From positions 14,694,001 through 14,758,000 of the forward strand of contig JBHGNT010000018.1 in NCBI GenBank assembly GCA_043228905.1: a stretch of 64,000 bases of DNA. Reading direction: 5' to 3'. The notes under the pieces were generated by a model. That model was given only the letters and a program-made list of their open reading frames with translations. It searched no databases and had not been told where the DNA came from. Source of the stretch: Azolla caroliniana. Lineage: Eukaryota; Plantae; Polypodiophyta. Position 1 is the stretch's first letter; each line of letters starts with the position of its first letter. Positions 10,329 to 26,492 of this stretch are shown here, one piece after another. Both the position numbers and the translations under genes were made by a program.

Positions 10329-12662
10329 ACGTAGAAGCAGCACAAGATGCAAATTGGCGTGCTACTGTGGAGGAAGAAATGCAGGAACTTGATGCCAACG
10401 ACACATGGGACCTGGTTGACCCGCCCCGACAGTGTAAACCGATCGGTTGGTAAATGGGTATATAAGGTGAAGTAAAATGCCGACGGTTCGGTCAACCGGT
10501 ACAAGGCCCGGTTAGTGGCAAAGGGAATCGACTACGACGATACCTTCACTCCGGTAGCGAAGATGACGACGGTTCGTGTGATACTGGTTGTTGCTGCAAC
10601 AAGGGATGGCATCTTCACCAAATGGACGTGAAGAATGCGTTTCTTCAAGGTGACCTTGAAGAACGGGTCTATATGTTCCAACTCCCCGATTTCCAAACAG
10701 AGATGAACAAGTCGGCAGTATGCCAACTCAAGAAGTCGCTTTACGGTCTGAAGCAAGCCCCCCGAGCTTGGAATGTGAAGATCAGGCACCGCTTGCGTAA
10801 GATGGGGTTTACGGCCTCAAAGGCTGACTCGTCATTGTTCATTTGGAAAGGTCCGGACGGTGCGGTTTATATCCTGCTATATGTTGACGACCCAGACTCA
10901 ATGAAATTGGTAGAGTGAAGTCCCAATTGTAGGATGCATTTGAAATGAAGGACTTAGGGAACCTTCATTATTTTCTTGGGATTGAGGTGATCCAGACCCC
11001 CGATGGCATATTGCTCTCACAAAGACACTATGTATTGAATATGCTATATGAGTTCGACATGACGGAATGTCGACCGTGGAGCACCTTTAGTGCACGCATT
11101 GACTATTGCGATATGTGAGCGGCACGAAGGACCGGGGACTGTTATACCGACACGGTATAGCTGGGAAGCTAGTCGGATATACTAATGCCAACTGGGCTAC
11201 ATGTTTTCTCTTGGTAGCGCGACTTTTGTATGGAGCAGCAAAAAGTAGCCAACAGTTGCTCTGTTGAGTATTGAGGCTGAGTACCGAGGCGCTACCATTG
11301 CCACCTGTGAAGCCATCTGGCTTCGGCAACTGCTGCGAGACCTCCGGATCGAGGTACCGACCCTGATCCTGATTTATTGTGACAACGTAAGTAGCATACA
11401 GCTCGCCAAGAACCCGGTATTCCATACTAGGACAAAGCACATAGAAGTGCATTATCACTTTGTTCGTGAGTGAGTCCTGAGCAGTGAAGTTGAACTTCGA
11501 TATGTTCACACGGATCGGCAGGTTGTCGACATCTTCACCAAGCCGTTCGGATCGGACAAGTTGTAGCATTTTTCGATTGATGCTCAGCTTTCAGCATCTC
11601 GATGTGCCGCACTTGAGGGGGAGAACAGGAACGACGGGAACGGATGGCACCGGACATGGAGCCGGAGAGGAAGAAAGAACCAAGGGGGGAGATGAGCAGA
11701 TAAAGGAAGTCGAGCCGACCGAAGGAGTCGGCACATCCGAACAAGTCGGAGCAAGCAGCGGTGGCGGTAGAGTCAAGAAGGACAGAGCCGACCGGAAGAA
11801 GGCCAAGACCCGGACGTGGTTCGATGTGGTGAAGGGCCTAAGAATGGAAGAAGACTTGGAGACTACCAACTCGGACAAGAGTTGGAACGAATCGAAGGAA
11901 ACCGATTCGGTTCAACAGTTGGATTCAGAAGAGCCGGATCAACTAAAGGCCAAGTGGACGAGAAGGCAGCGGAAGTCGACACCGACATGGAGGAACCGAT
12001 GGGTCGACAAGTACCGGAGTCATAGCAACGAAGGAGCTGAGATGGGTCTGCTAAGCAGACAAGCCGACCAAGGATGTCGAGGTCTGTAGAACCAAACGGG
12101 TAGTGGGAAGCAGAACCGGACCGGATGAGGAGTGCGAGCAAGGCGGGAGGACGTCAGAAGGAGCCGGAGGAAAGGACCGGCTACTACAAACACTGACAAC
12201 ACTATCCGACCTCAAGTTGAGCTTGAGGGGGAGTGTTGAGCGAGCAAGCTCAACCGTATCCGGATCGGTTGAACAAGCCAGAGCCAGATCGGTATCGGGG
12301 TCGGTGAGCCGGGTCGGAGAGACAGATCGGAGAGCCTGATTCAAATGTGAACCGAACTTAGGCTAGTAGTAACCTATACTCCTAGTCTACTAGGTAGTCG
12401 GATTCCTCGTAGTTAGTGTCAGCCGCTCGTATGAGCATTGAAGTACATAGTACTTCTGTCAGTCCTTTTGAGGACTTATATAAATAGTGCTATTGAGAAC
12501 GTGATACAGAGTGTTATTTTTTTAATAGAGTTTATGTTCTGCTCTCTCTATCTCTCCCGTGTATGCTAAATACTCTCAAGCTTCCATTGAACCGGTGTTT
12601 TTATTCTCTGCTGCTACCCGACTAAACCGGTTTTGTCAAGCTTCCGCATGCTAACTTTTACA
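10329..12662 (+). mobile_element. Ty1/copia element B1, 3' half (degenerate RT-RNase H, extra region, 3' LTR 12234-12662)
   Basis: [44 protein letters not shown]; PPT then TGTTGAG...TTTTACA LTR. Confidence 0.9.
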
Positions 12663-14722
12663 AAGACCTTCGCTCCGGTAGCGAAGATGATGATGGTTCA
12701 TGTGGTGCTAGCAGTTGTTGTAGCAAGGGGATGATATCTTCACCAAATGGACGTGAAGAATGTGTTTCTTCAAGGTCTACATGATCCAACCCCCCCGGTT
12801 TTCTATCGAAGATGAACAAGTCGGCAATGTGCCGGTTCAAGAAGTCCCTTTACGGCCTGAAGCAAGCCCCCCATGCTTGGAATTCGAAGATCACACACTG
12901 ATTGCGTAAGATGGGGTTTGCAGCCTCAAAGTCAGACTCTTCATTGTTCATCCCAAAAGGTCTAGAAGGTCCGGTATGTATCTTATTATACGTGGATGAT
13001 CTGGTCATCACCGGACCCAGCCTTGCTGAAATCGGTCGAGTGAAGTCACAGTTGTCGAATGCTTTCCAAATGAAGGACCTGGGGGACCTTCATTACTTCC
13101 TCGGGACCGAAGTGATCCACACCCCCGATGGCATATTGTTATCTCAACGACATTATTTGCTGAATATGTTGTACAAGTTTGGCATGACGGATTGCCGACC
13201 GATCTCGATACCCCTAGACCAGAAGTTGAAGCCTAGTCCCGCCTCTGGATTGGCCTGTGATGAGAAACGGTTCCGAAAAAATGTCAGCGACATTAGTTAT
13301 TTGATCGGTTTGATCAGTCAATTCATGTAGAAGCCGATCGTGGAGCACCTTCAGTGCGTGCACCAAATATTGAGGTATGTCAGCGGCACTAAGGACCGAG
13401 AACTGTTATACCGATGTGGTATAACCAAGAAGATGGTCAATTATATGGATGTCGACTAGGCCGAAGATGTGTCAAATCGACGATCCACTTCCGGATTCAT
13501 GTTCTCTATTGGTAGTGCAGCTATTGCGTGGAGCAGCAAAAAGCAGCCAACTGTGGCTCTATCGAGCACAAAGGCTGAATATCGGGGCCCTACCGTTGCC
13601 ATCTGTGAAGCCATTTGTTTTCGAAGACTGCTGCAAGTTGCAGCATTTTTCGGAGATGCTTGGTCTTCAGCACCTCGACATGTCGCACTTGAGGGGGAGA
13701 ATCGGGACAAATACAAGGAGAACCAAAACGGAAACCGGGAAAAAGGGGGAGACAAGAAGAAAAAGCAAGTTGAGTCGATTGAAGAAGTCGCCACATCCGA
13801 TTAAGTCGGAACAAGCGGCGATGACAACAGAGTCAAGAAGGACAAAGCCAACCGGAACGAGAAGGCCAAGACCCGGACGTGGTTCGATGTGTTGAAGGGC
13901 CTGAAGACTGATGAAGAATTGAAGATAGCCAATTCGGACAAGAGCTGGAATGAATTGGAGGCATCCGATTCCGAAGAGTTCGATTCAAAGGAGTTGAATC
14001 AACAGAAGGCCAAACGGACGAGGAGGTAATAGAAGTCGACACCAACATGGAGGAACGGACAGGTCGAGACGCGTCGGAGTCGCAACAGCGAAGGAACTAA
14101 GAAGGGCCTTTTGAGCAGGCAAGCCGACCGAGAAGGTCGAGGAGCGAGGAACCGAACAATTTGAGGAAAACAGAACTAGACCGAACGAGGAGCGAGAGCC
14201 AAGCGGGAGGACACCAGGTGGAGCTAGAGGAGAGGAACAGCTACCACAGACACATACCTTGCGATCCGATCTCAAGTTGAGCTTGAGGGGGGAGTGTTGA
14301 GCGGACAAGCTCAACCAAATCCGGATCGGTTGAATAAGCCAGAGCCGGATCGGAGTCTGGAACGGAGAACTGGATCGGTGTCCAGATGGTATCCGGAACC
14401 AGGAGCTGGATCGGATTGGAACTGGTAGGCCATTAGAGGCCTACAAATCTAGCCTAGTACGTAGGCATATTTTTGGGAGTCAATGTGAGTCACTTGTATG
14501 AACATTGATGAACTTGTCAGTACTTCTGTGAGTCCTTCATGGACTTGTATAGAAGTGCTCACTGAACACATTGTATGTACAGAGTGTTATTATTTTTTAA
14601 TTGAGTTTATCTGTTCTGCTTTCTCTGTCTCTGTGATTCAAGATTCCATTAAACCTTGTCTCTGTTTTCTGTTCCTATTCGAATAACCAGTTTGTCAAAG
14701 CTTCCGCATATTAACTTTGACA
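12663..14722 (+). mobile_element. Ty1/copia element B2, 3' part (host of B1), 3' LTR 14295-14722
   Basis: RT resumes (TFAPVAKM) directly after the B1 LTR; ILLYVDDLVITG, RRSTSGF; internal deletions; PPT plus TG...CA LTR. Confidence 0.88.
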
Positions 14723-15978
14723 TGTCCCTGTCGATGTCGCTGTCAATATTTTTATTGTCCGTCTGTCCAAATGTCGGTTGTCCGGCCTCCACTCCGGCCA
14801 TTGGTTGTTTGGCCATTCCGGCCGCTCCATTGTTTTCCCGTCATTCTTGCCGCTTCTGTGCATTTTGACCGCTTGTCCGGCTGTCCATCCGTCTCTGTTC
14901 GGCAGCGGCTATTCTGGCCATCTCCATTGTTTGGCCAATGTCTGACCAAAGCCGCTCTAGCCGCTTGTCCAACCACAGCTGTCTAGTTGCCTTTGTTCAT
15001 TGTACGGTTGTCGTCTCAGTCGTCTACATCCTTGTTTGAACCATCCACTCATGTTTTTCCGTCGTCTGTGCGTCTAGCCCTTGGTCTTTGTTTTCTCTTT
15101 CGTCATTCTTTCTTCTTTCTTCTTTCTTCTTTATTCTACCCAGCTTCTCCCACTTATCGTTGTCGCCGCTTATCGTTGACATAGCCATCGTTGTCATCGC
15201 ATATAAGATTAGACAAATCAACAGCACGGGCATCTCACATAGCCTTAGCCATAACCCCATGCACACACATACTGTCATTTCTTCGCGCATTGTCGTCGCT
15301 TTTTCTTGCATTCTTGTCAATTCCATTTCTCGCACATACTTCCACAGCGTCCATTCATCGACTTTTTCTCGGACATCGTCACCGCATATCATGCTTCGAC
15401 TTCTTCTCGCACTTTGCCACCGTCATTTTCTGCACATTGTCGATTCAAATTCCTGTTCTCACGTATACTTTCACAGCATTTATCCATCGACTTCTTCGAA
15501 AGGGGGGATTCGTCGCTGTCGTCGCCAAAATAGTGTTATAAGTTTAGGGTTACGGTTAATGATAATGATGAGTGGTAATAGTGCGTATGATTATTAACAT
15601 TGTGGGATGTGTTAGGATGATGTTGAGAATCATTGCAAGGTGGGGGTGGTGCCTAGAATGGCTCCAACCCCCTCCCAAGGGGGTTCAACATGAGGGGGAG
15701 AGAGAGAGAGAGAGAGAGAGAGAAATAGAGAAAGAGATAAGTCAAGAGAGAGAGATTGATGAGAGAGAACTTCTTCCTTATGTTTCATTCATTCCCCATA
15801 AGGGGGTTAAATAGTACAAAGAGGGGGTAGATACATAGGGGTACATGCCCCTTTGGCCATCCACACTAATCACTCATTCACACCTCTTCGTATCTATCCA
15901 CATGCATACACGTGTGCATGTGTTCACGTACGCATCTACTTACACTCACAATTACACGTGCACATTTACACATACACA

Positions 15979-17583
15979 TCAACACTTTACTCTTTCATTG
16001 TCTCAGATACCTTGGATCCTCATTTTGATGAAGTTTACTTGTTCAAGGTCCTCCAATGCAACACAGTTTCAGAACATCTTTAATGCAGTACCTAATAGTG
16101 TCCAATGGAAGTGCACAAGTCAAAATTAGAATTATACTCTATAACTTAATCTAAATAAATGTGATTAAACTTATATTATATACCTGTGCCAGAGAACAAA
16201 TCTAGAACCCAATCATCTGGGTTTGAGAAGAGCTCGATGAGGCGGTTGATTAATCTTTGAGGTTTTTTATAAGGGTTCACAAGACTTTTGTCACCCGATG
16301 CATGTTGTAGCTTCTTCGTCACAGCTAGGCACATGATATAATTGACAATGTTTCGTTCATTAATGTGTGCTCAAGCCTTCTTCTTCGTTATTGAATCATA
16401 GTAACCCATATAAAGATGTTCAATCGTATTAACCATACGGCCGCCCGGGCTACGTGTAATATTTGTTTTAATCCTATTGACATCAGACGAAAGGGTTAAA
16501 AATGGAATTTGCAACATATAAAAACAACATTTTAAATAGCATATTGTGAAAAAACAACTTGTAACTCACCAATGTATGTGTTCTATTGCATGACATCGTG
16601 ACGTCACAGCAGTTGTGACTGATAATGATTGACCCATGCTATGAAATATGACAATTCTCCATATTGGTGCCAAGGTCAACTCTGTGAAGTCCTTTACAAT
16701 CTTCTCAATCTGGGGATACTTGAAGGGCACATCATCATATGTGGATCCTGTGATCCGGAATCCATATGGTATGTCAGTAACAAGCAATGTATAGTGCCTT
16801 TTTGGTAATAGTTCAAGCATATTCGCAACTTCCCCATTGAATACACTATAAGGCAATTGTTTGTAAGGATCGATTCTGTGCAAATAACTTTTCATTGTCT
16901 CCGAGACCTCCGGCAATTCCAATTCCTTTCCCTTTGTCATTCTCTTTTCGTATTTAGCACGTTCTATGTGCGTGATGAACGAATTTGGAATGCCTTTCAT
17001 TATTATCACCGACTTTCTTTGATCAAGGTGGTTTTTGTAAGTATTGATTTTGTAAGGAAACAACATAATAAATCAATCTATTTAAATTGAAATTACACAT
17101 AGCCATTCTCTAAATACAATGAAGAATTCTTCCAAAGCCTTATATGATGATGTTATTGGGCAAGATTGTTCCACTTCTTACCATGTTGGCAGGCTCAATT
17201 CCTTGCAATGACCTCCAAGGTAGTAGCTTCATATCTTCGGCCAACTCTTCAATGACTAAGTCACTTTTACGTGACTTCGTCGTCATTTCTACTTGAGGAT
17301 CTAACTTACCCTTCTTTGCCATTTGACCTTTCACCTCTTTACGCTCCCACATACTAAATACTTTGTCTTGAAGATCCCATACCTCGCTTGTACTAAATGC
17401 TAGCTGAAACCATGAGTCGTATTTTCGTAGCCCTTCTGATTTTGTACTCTCATCAACTGTAATCCCCACCTCTAGCAGACAGTGATGGGGCAAACCAAGG
17501 TTAAGCTTGGGTCCAAACCTTTGCAACGCATCAAGATACTCATGGTGAAAGAATCTGAAGCATTCAATATAAGACATCTTCTC
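15979..17583 (-). pseudogene. Intron-containing beta-class DNA N6-adenine/N4-cytosine methyltransferase pseudogene with an N-terminal domain of unknown function
   Basis: Splicing GT-AG introns 16569-16474 and 16183-16092 gives ...LLVTDIPYG...HIHW|IKTN...EHLYMGY...NPYKKPQRLINRLIELFSNPDDWVLDLFSGT|GTALKMF*NCVALEDLEQVNFIKMRI. Motif IV precedes motif I (beta order). In-frame TGA at 16371-16373, 16069-16071 and 16003-16005. Upstream coding blocks lie at ~17583-17100 and ~17050-16570. Confidence 0.85.
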
Positions 17584-19136
17584 TGTGTCTGTGTGTGTAT
17601 GTGTGTATGATGTTATCACCCTTTCATGGTTTATCAAAAAAGAGTAAAAAGGATGAATGCCAAAATTACACAAATAACCCCCTACATTTTTCTTTTTCTT
17701 TTGAAAGATGTGGGGTCCAGAAACGCTCCACTTGAGTGGAGAAACCCATGCAAAACTTAATTGTTCCATCCATCTAGGTTGGCATTCTTCTTTTATCTTA
17801 TCACATCTTTCTCAAGAGGAGATTAATATATTATAGTAGGGTGATCTCATGGGACTAAATTGAGCTCACTTAGCATGTTGTAGTTGGAGTTGCTCATATG
17901 TGTTACACATTGATAATGAACATTTAATACAGAATCTAACCTTTAACACTAGTATGTATTACTGATCATAATGTTCACATGCTTAATATCATATGATATT
18001 TGTTGCTCTCACAATATGATCATATATTTACTTTGGACACTATTTAACAACATTCCCCCAAAACTAGTCAAAGGGTTTCACAAGACAACATGTTCATATC
18101 ATTTCACTTTGAAGCTACTTTTCTACTATCTCCACTGCAGTGTATCTAATTTATTGTAAAATTGGAATGTCATCAAACCAATGACACACATTATGAAAAC
18201 AAAGAAATACTTATCTTGTGAGACTTGGGAGAGACAATAGATGACATTCGAGATAAAGTATGAGTTCATCAGCTTTGGTGCCTCAAGTAGAGATATTGTG
18301 TTGATTTTCCAACTAGGAGTCTTTTTAAATTTGAAGGTTTCAATGAATAAATGATGTGGTAAAACAAAACTTCAACAATGAGGGGGTTGTCAAAAGATAA
18401 CTCTTATGGAAGGCTTCAATAAATCTCAATGAGAACTAGAACTAGAACTAGAAGAGCTTAATTCAATAACAAAGGATGAATTATTAATAAACATGTAGTA
18501 AGTACTAAGACCTCATGCTTAATGTGCATTTGTGTGTCGATCTTCTTGAATATGTTTGTGTGTGCATGAATTCAATATCACTAATGAGACATTTTTGCCA
18601 ATTTTTTCATTGTGGAAGGATGTTGCGACAACTTTGTTAGAACCTAATATTTTAATGGAAGTGCATCTATGTGAACTTGGTTTGAATATACAGAGAGGGA
18701 GAATTGTGCTTGAAATAATATATCCAACCAACAACAACAAAAACAAAAGATTACAAAGGTAAAGTAAGTCTGAAAATTGATGAAAGTATGTTCTCTTGTT
18801 CTTTTAAGGTTTTTCTAATGGAGGGTTGCATGGACTAATTTAGAAAAGAGAGAGAGAGAGAGAGAGAGAGAGAATGTCTTTTGGATGATTACAAGGTAAG
18901 ATGAGGGAGATAGGGATACAAATATGTATATGTTGAGGCCCTGTGGATCCCAACAAATCATTTGAGCTCTGGTGTAAATAAGGGGGTTATAATGCATACA
19001 TTCTTGGTTAATAAGCATACAAGCATGTTAGATGGTGGGTGATTCTATGATTTTCCTAGGTAACAACCATGTAGGTATGTTAGGGGCTCTAATGTTATGG
19101 TTTGATGTAGACATGTTGCTCCTGGCCCCTGACAAT

Positions 19137-23447
<4,311 letters not shown>

Positions 23448-24361
23448 CGCGGAGAAGTTTAGAAGGATTGATCAATGGGCTACCAATGGAGACATGTTAT
23501 TGATTAAGATTTAACAAATGCACACCACTGGTAATTATGGGTTTGGATTGCTAATTAGGTTAGATAAGTGTAGCTAAGTATAATTCTTAGTTAGTGGGTG
23601 TGAAATCTCTGTGAAGGAATGTATGATCTATAAATGTCTTTGTGGCCCCCCTGTGCTCTGTCTTCTGTCTCTCTCTCTCTCTCTTTATATACATATAGAT
23701 ATATTTTTATTTATTGTTAAAATTTCTAGAAAGAAGAAACTCCTAGAGAGAGAGAGAGAGAGACTACTGTTAAGGGGCTCAAAAAAAAAAGCGGAGAGCT
23801 TTTAATTCAGAGTAAATTAAGCAACACGTATGCCGAGAAACGACAAGCTATTTATATTTTATTTATTTATTTATTTATTTATTACTTATATTTATTTTAT
23901 TTATTGAGAGCATAGTTAGGCTTTTTGTTGTGGGCTTAATAAATGAAATAAAAATAGTAATAATGATGATGGTGATGATGGGGAAGATTGTATTCAATGA
24001 ATGCAATTGTCAACGTGCAAGAAGAAGTATCCCAAACACACACACTCACACTCAATTTTGTTGGATCAAGCATCTGAAGTTCCCTTGAGTCGAGACTCGA
24101 GACTTGTCCGCTACTACAACAATCAATCAATAATAAGCCCATGTCTGACCGAACACAACATATAAGACATATTTCATTGCAATGTCTGAGTTTCTTGGTA
24201 GCTCCTTACAGCTCTCCACCATCCCCAAGCAAATATCTAAATTATACTCCCCCTGACAATCATCCAAAACCAGGAGCTGCCTAGATTAGAGATGGTTCAT
24301 TGTTTCACAGTAAGACGTATGTGTCGATCGCTCTCGTCTCACGGGCAGGGCACATCCATCT

Positions 24362-24413
<52 letters not shown>

Positions 24414-24414
<1 letters not shown>

Positions 24415-24478
24415 CTTGCACAGGGGCCATGCTAATTTTCTCTGTATCGTTCCAATTTTATCATGTCCCAGAAGGGAC
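24414..24478 (-). pseudogene. U6: 3'-truncated U6 snRNA pseudogene
   Basis: GTCCCTTCTGGGACATGATAAAATTGGAACGATACAGAGAAAATTAGCATGGCCCCTGTGCAAGG matches plant U6 nt 1-~67, including the ACAGAGA box. It runs into (GA)n, lacks the 3' part and U-tail, and has no recognisable USE/TATA upstream. Confidence 0.93.
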
Positions 24479-24610
24479 AAACACACACACACACACTCTC
24501 TCTCTTGTATTTATCGCACACATAGACACATACTACTAGACCTTCACACCCAAGTCATGTGACACCCTCTCCTGTTCTTATCGTAGTCAATAGTGAGTGT
24601 GTGGCTACAC

Positions 24611-24649
<39 letters not shown>

Positions 24650-26179
24650 CCCACTTATTTAGTGCTTCTTATACAACTTTTGGATCACCAAAACCCAACC
24701 TAAATTTTATATATATATATATATGACTGTGTATACATAGAAATGAATTTAATAAAATAAAATGTAAGCATTATTACACACTATATCATATATGTATAGA
24801 GAGGATAACTTTAAATGAGTTTAAATTAAATTATGTGAGGCTTGAGCCGCAATATTTACTTCAAATAACCAAACTTTATATATACATATACTCAATATGA
24901 AGCGTAATTGATTCCCATATTCTAGAAACCAGAGAGCAAGCATTAAATGCGAGGTACTCTCCCTCTCACACTCTCTATGTGTAGGGTAGGACTCATGTCT
25001 CGGTGCAAATTAGGTGGTGGCGTAATGATCAATATAATAATAATAGTAATACTACTACTTCCACCACCTACACTTTATATACATACATACATACAAATGA
25101 ACTATTAAAAACACAAACACTCTCTCTCCCACTCCAATCATAGGGTTTCACCTAACTTTCTAGTTCAACTCCCCCCCCCCTCTACCTAGTTCGGTTACAC
25201 TCTCCCTTGCTTGAGCAACTAATATGTTGGGTTCTCCATACCATATCTATGTACCACCATCCATTCCTTCCTTCCTTCCTCCCTTGTGTGTGTGTATGTG
25301 TGTCATCATCATGTCTGACCCACATGCCTTGTATACTTGTCTAGTATAGCTATATATATCTAGCTCTTATAGTCAAACTTCCTACTCTTCAGTTCAGTAT
25401 CCTTGCTCGATCAGATTTCTAATGTGACTGATTGTGTGAAAGTGAACCTATTTGTATAGATCACATCTCTCATTCCTCGTTCCACAACATATTTTCTCGA
25501 ACTTTTTATTGCATGCATCCCACTCTCTTTCTCTCCCCTGCTCTTTCTCTCTCTTGATGCTTGGCATGATTTCCCATCTAAGCCCCTTAATCTTGTCCAC
25601 TTTATTTGTGAGGCCCATGTGACATATGTTTTGTCGATTTCCAAATTTCATGATGTTATCTAGTAATATGAATCTTTATGTTCCATATATATATTTAAGT
25701 CACACATTGGTTGTCTTGACTCTTGACATTAAGCATATTCAAAGTGATCCAAGTCAACGCACTATATCATACATAACTACATATGCAATCAAGAATGCAA
25801 TCTTGGCACAAAGAGTGTTACTAGGGATCACTGTAAAGACAAATGTAAGAACGCAACTTTAACAATATGGAATATCTTTGTACCATGATCCATCATGAAC
25901 ATGGTCAATCATTTAGCCTTTGAGTATAATGTATATTCTTCGCTACACCCATCAAATATCTACCCAATGCATCTTGGCTCAAATCTTACTTACTCATCAC
26001 CATGTATCTTGTCACATGACTCTTAACACCAATGTTGCCTTTCCTTCTTCAACACAATGTCAAATGTTCTCACAAGAAGCATTAATATTTAGATGTAGTA
26101 GTGTTGCATGTTTATCACCAAGTTACATTCTAATGTGAGTTATGTAGGTGCTCCAATGTTATGAAGTTCTTGGTTAATG

Positions 26180-26492
26180 CATTTTTGTAGAATACGTAAG
26201 CTAAGTATTCTAACTGCTTTTTTAATACTTCAAATACGTATTTTATAGATAAAATATGTTAAATACTTAGAATACGTGTAGAATACTTGTAAAATACATT
26301 AAATACTTCTTAAATTTTAAAGTTTTCTTCAAAAAAAGAATTTAAACTTTTTTGAAATGATAAACATGTACTTGTTAAATATGTGGAATAAGTCAAATTT
26401 TTAGAATATGTAGAATACGTCAAATTTTTAAAAACAGTAGTTCTAAAATGTAGAATATGTGTAGAATACTTCAGAGTATTCTAACAACTATG
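26180..26492. mobile_element. hAT-type MITE (~313 bp)
   Basis: 8-bp TSD GGTTAATG (26172-26179 / 26493-26500); imperfect TIRs CATTTTTGTAGAATAC / GTATTCTAACAACTATG; many internal TAGAATA(C/T)GT subterminal motifs. Confidence 0.75.

Noticed and set aside
15600-15984. Solo LTR with defined ends
   Set aside because: LTR-like composition, but I found no matching TSD or partner, so the boundaries are unsupported.
24414-24478. Functional U6 snRNA gene
   Set aside because: Missing the 3' ~35 nt and the terminator, mutated, and no upstream promoter elements.
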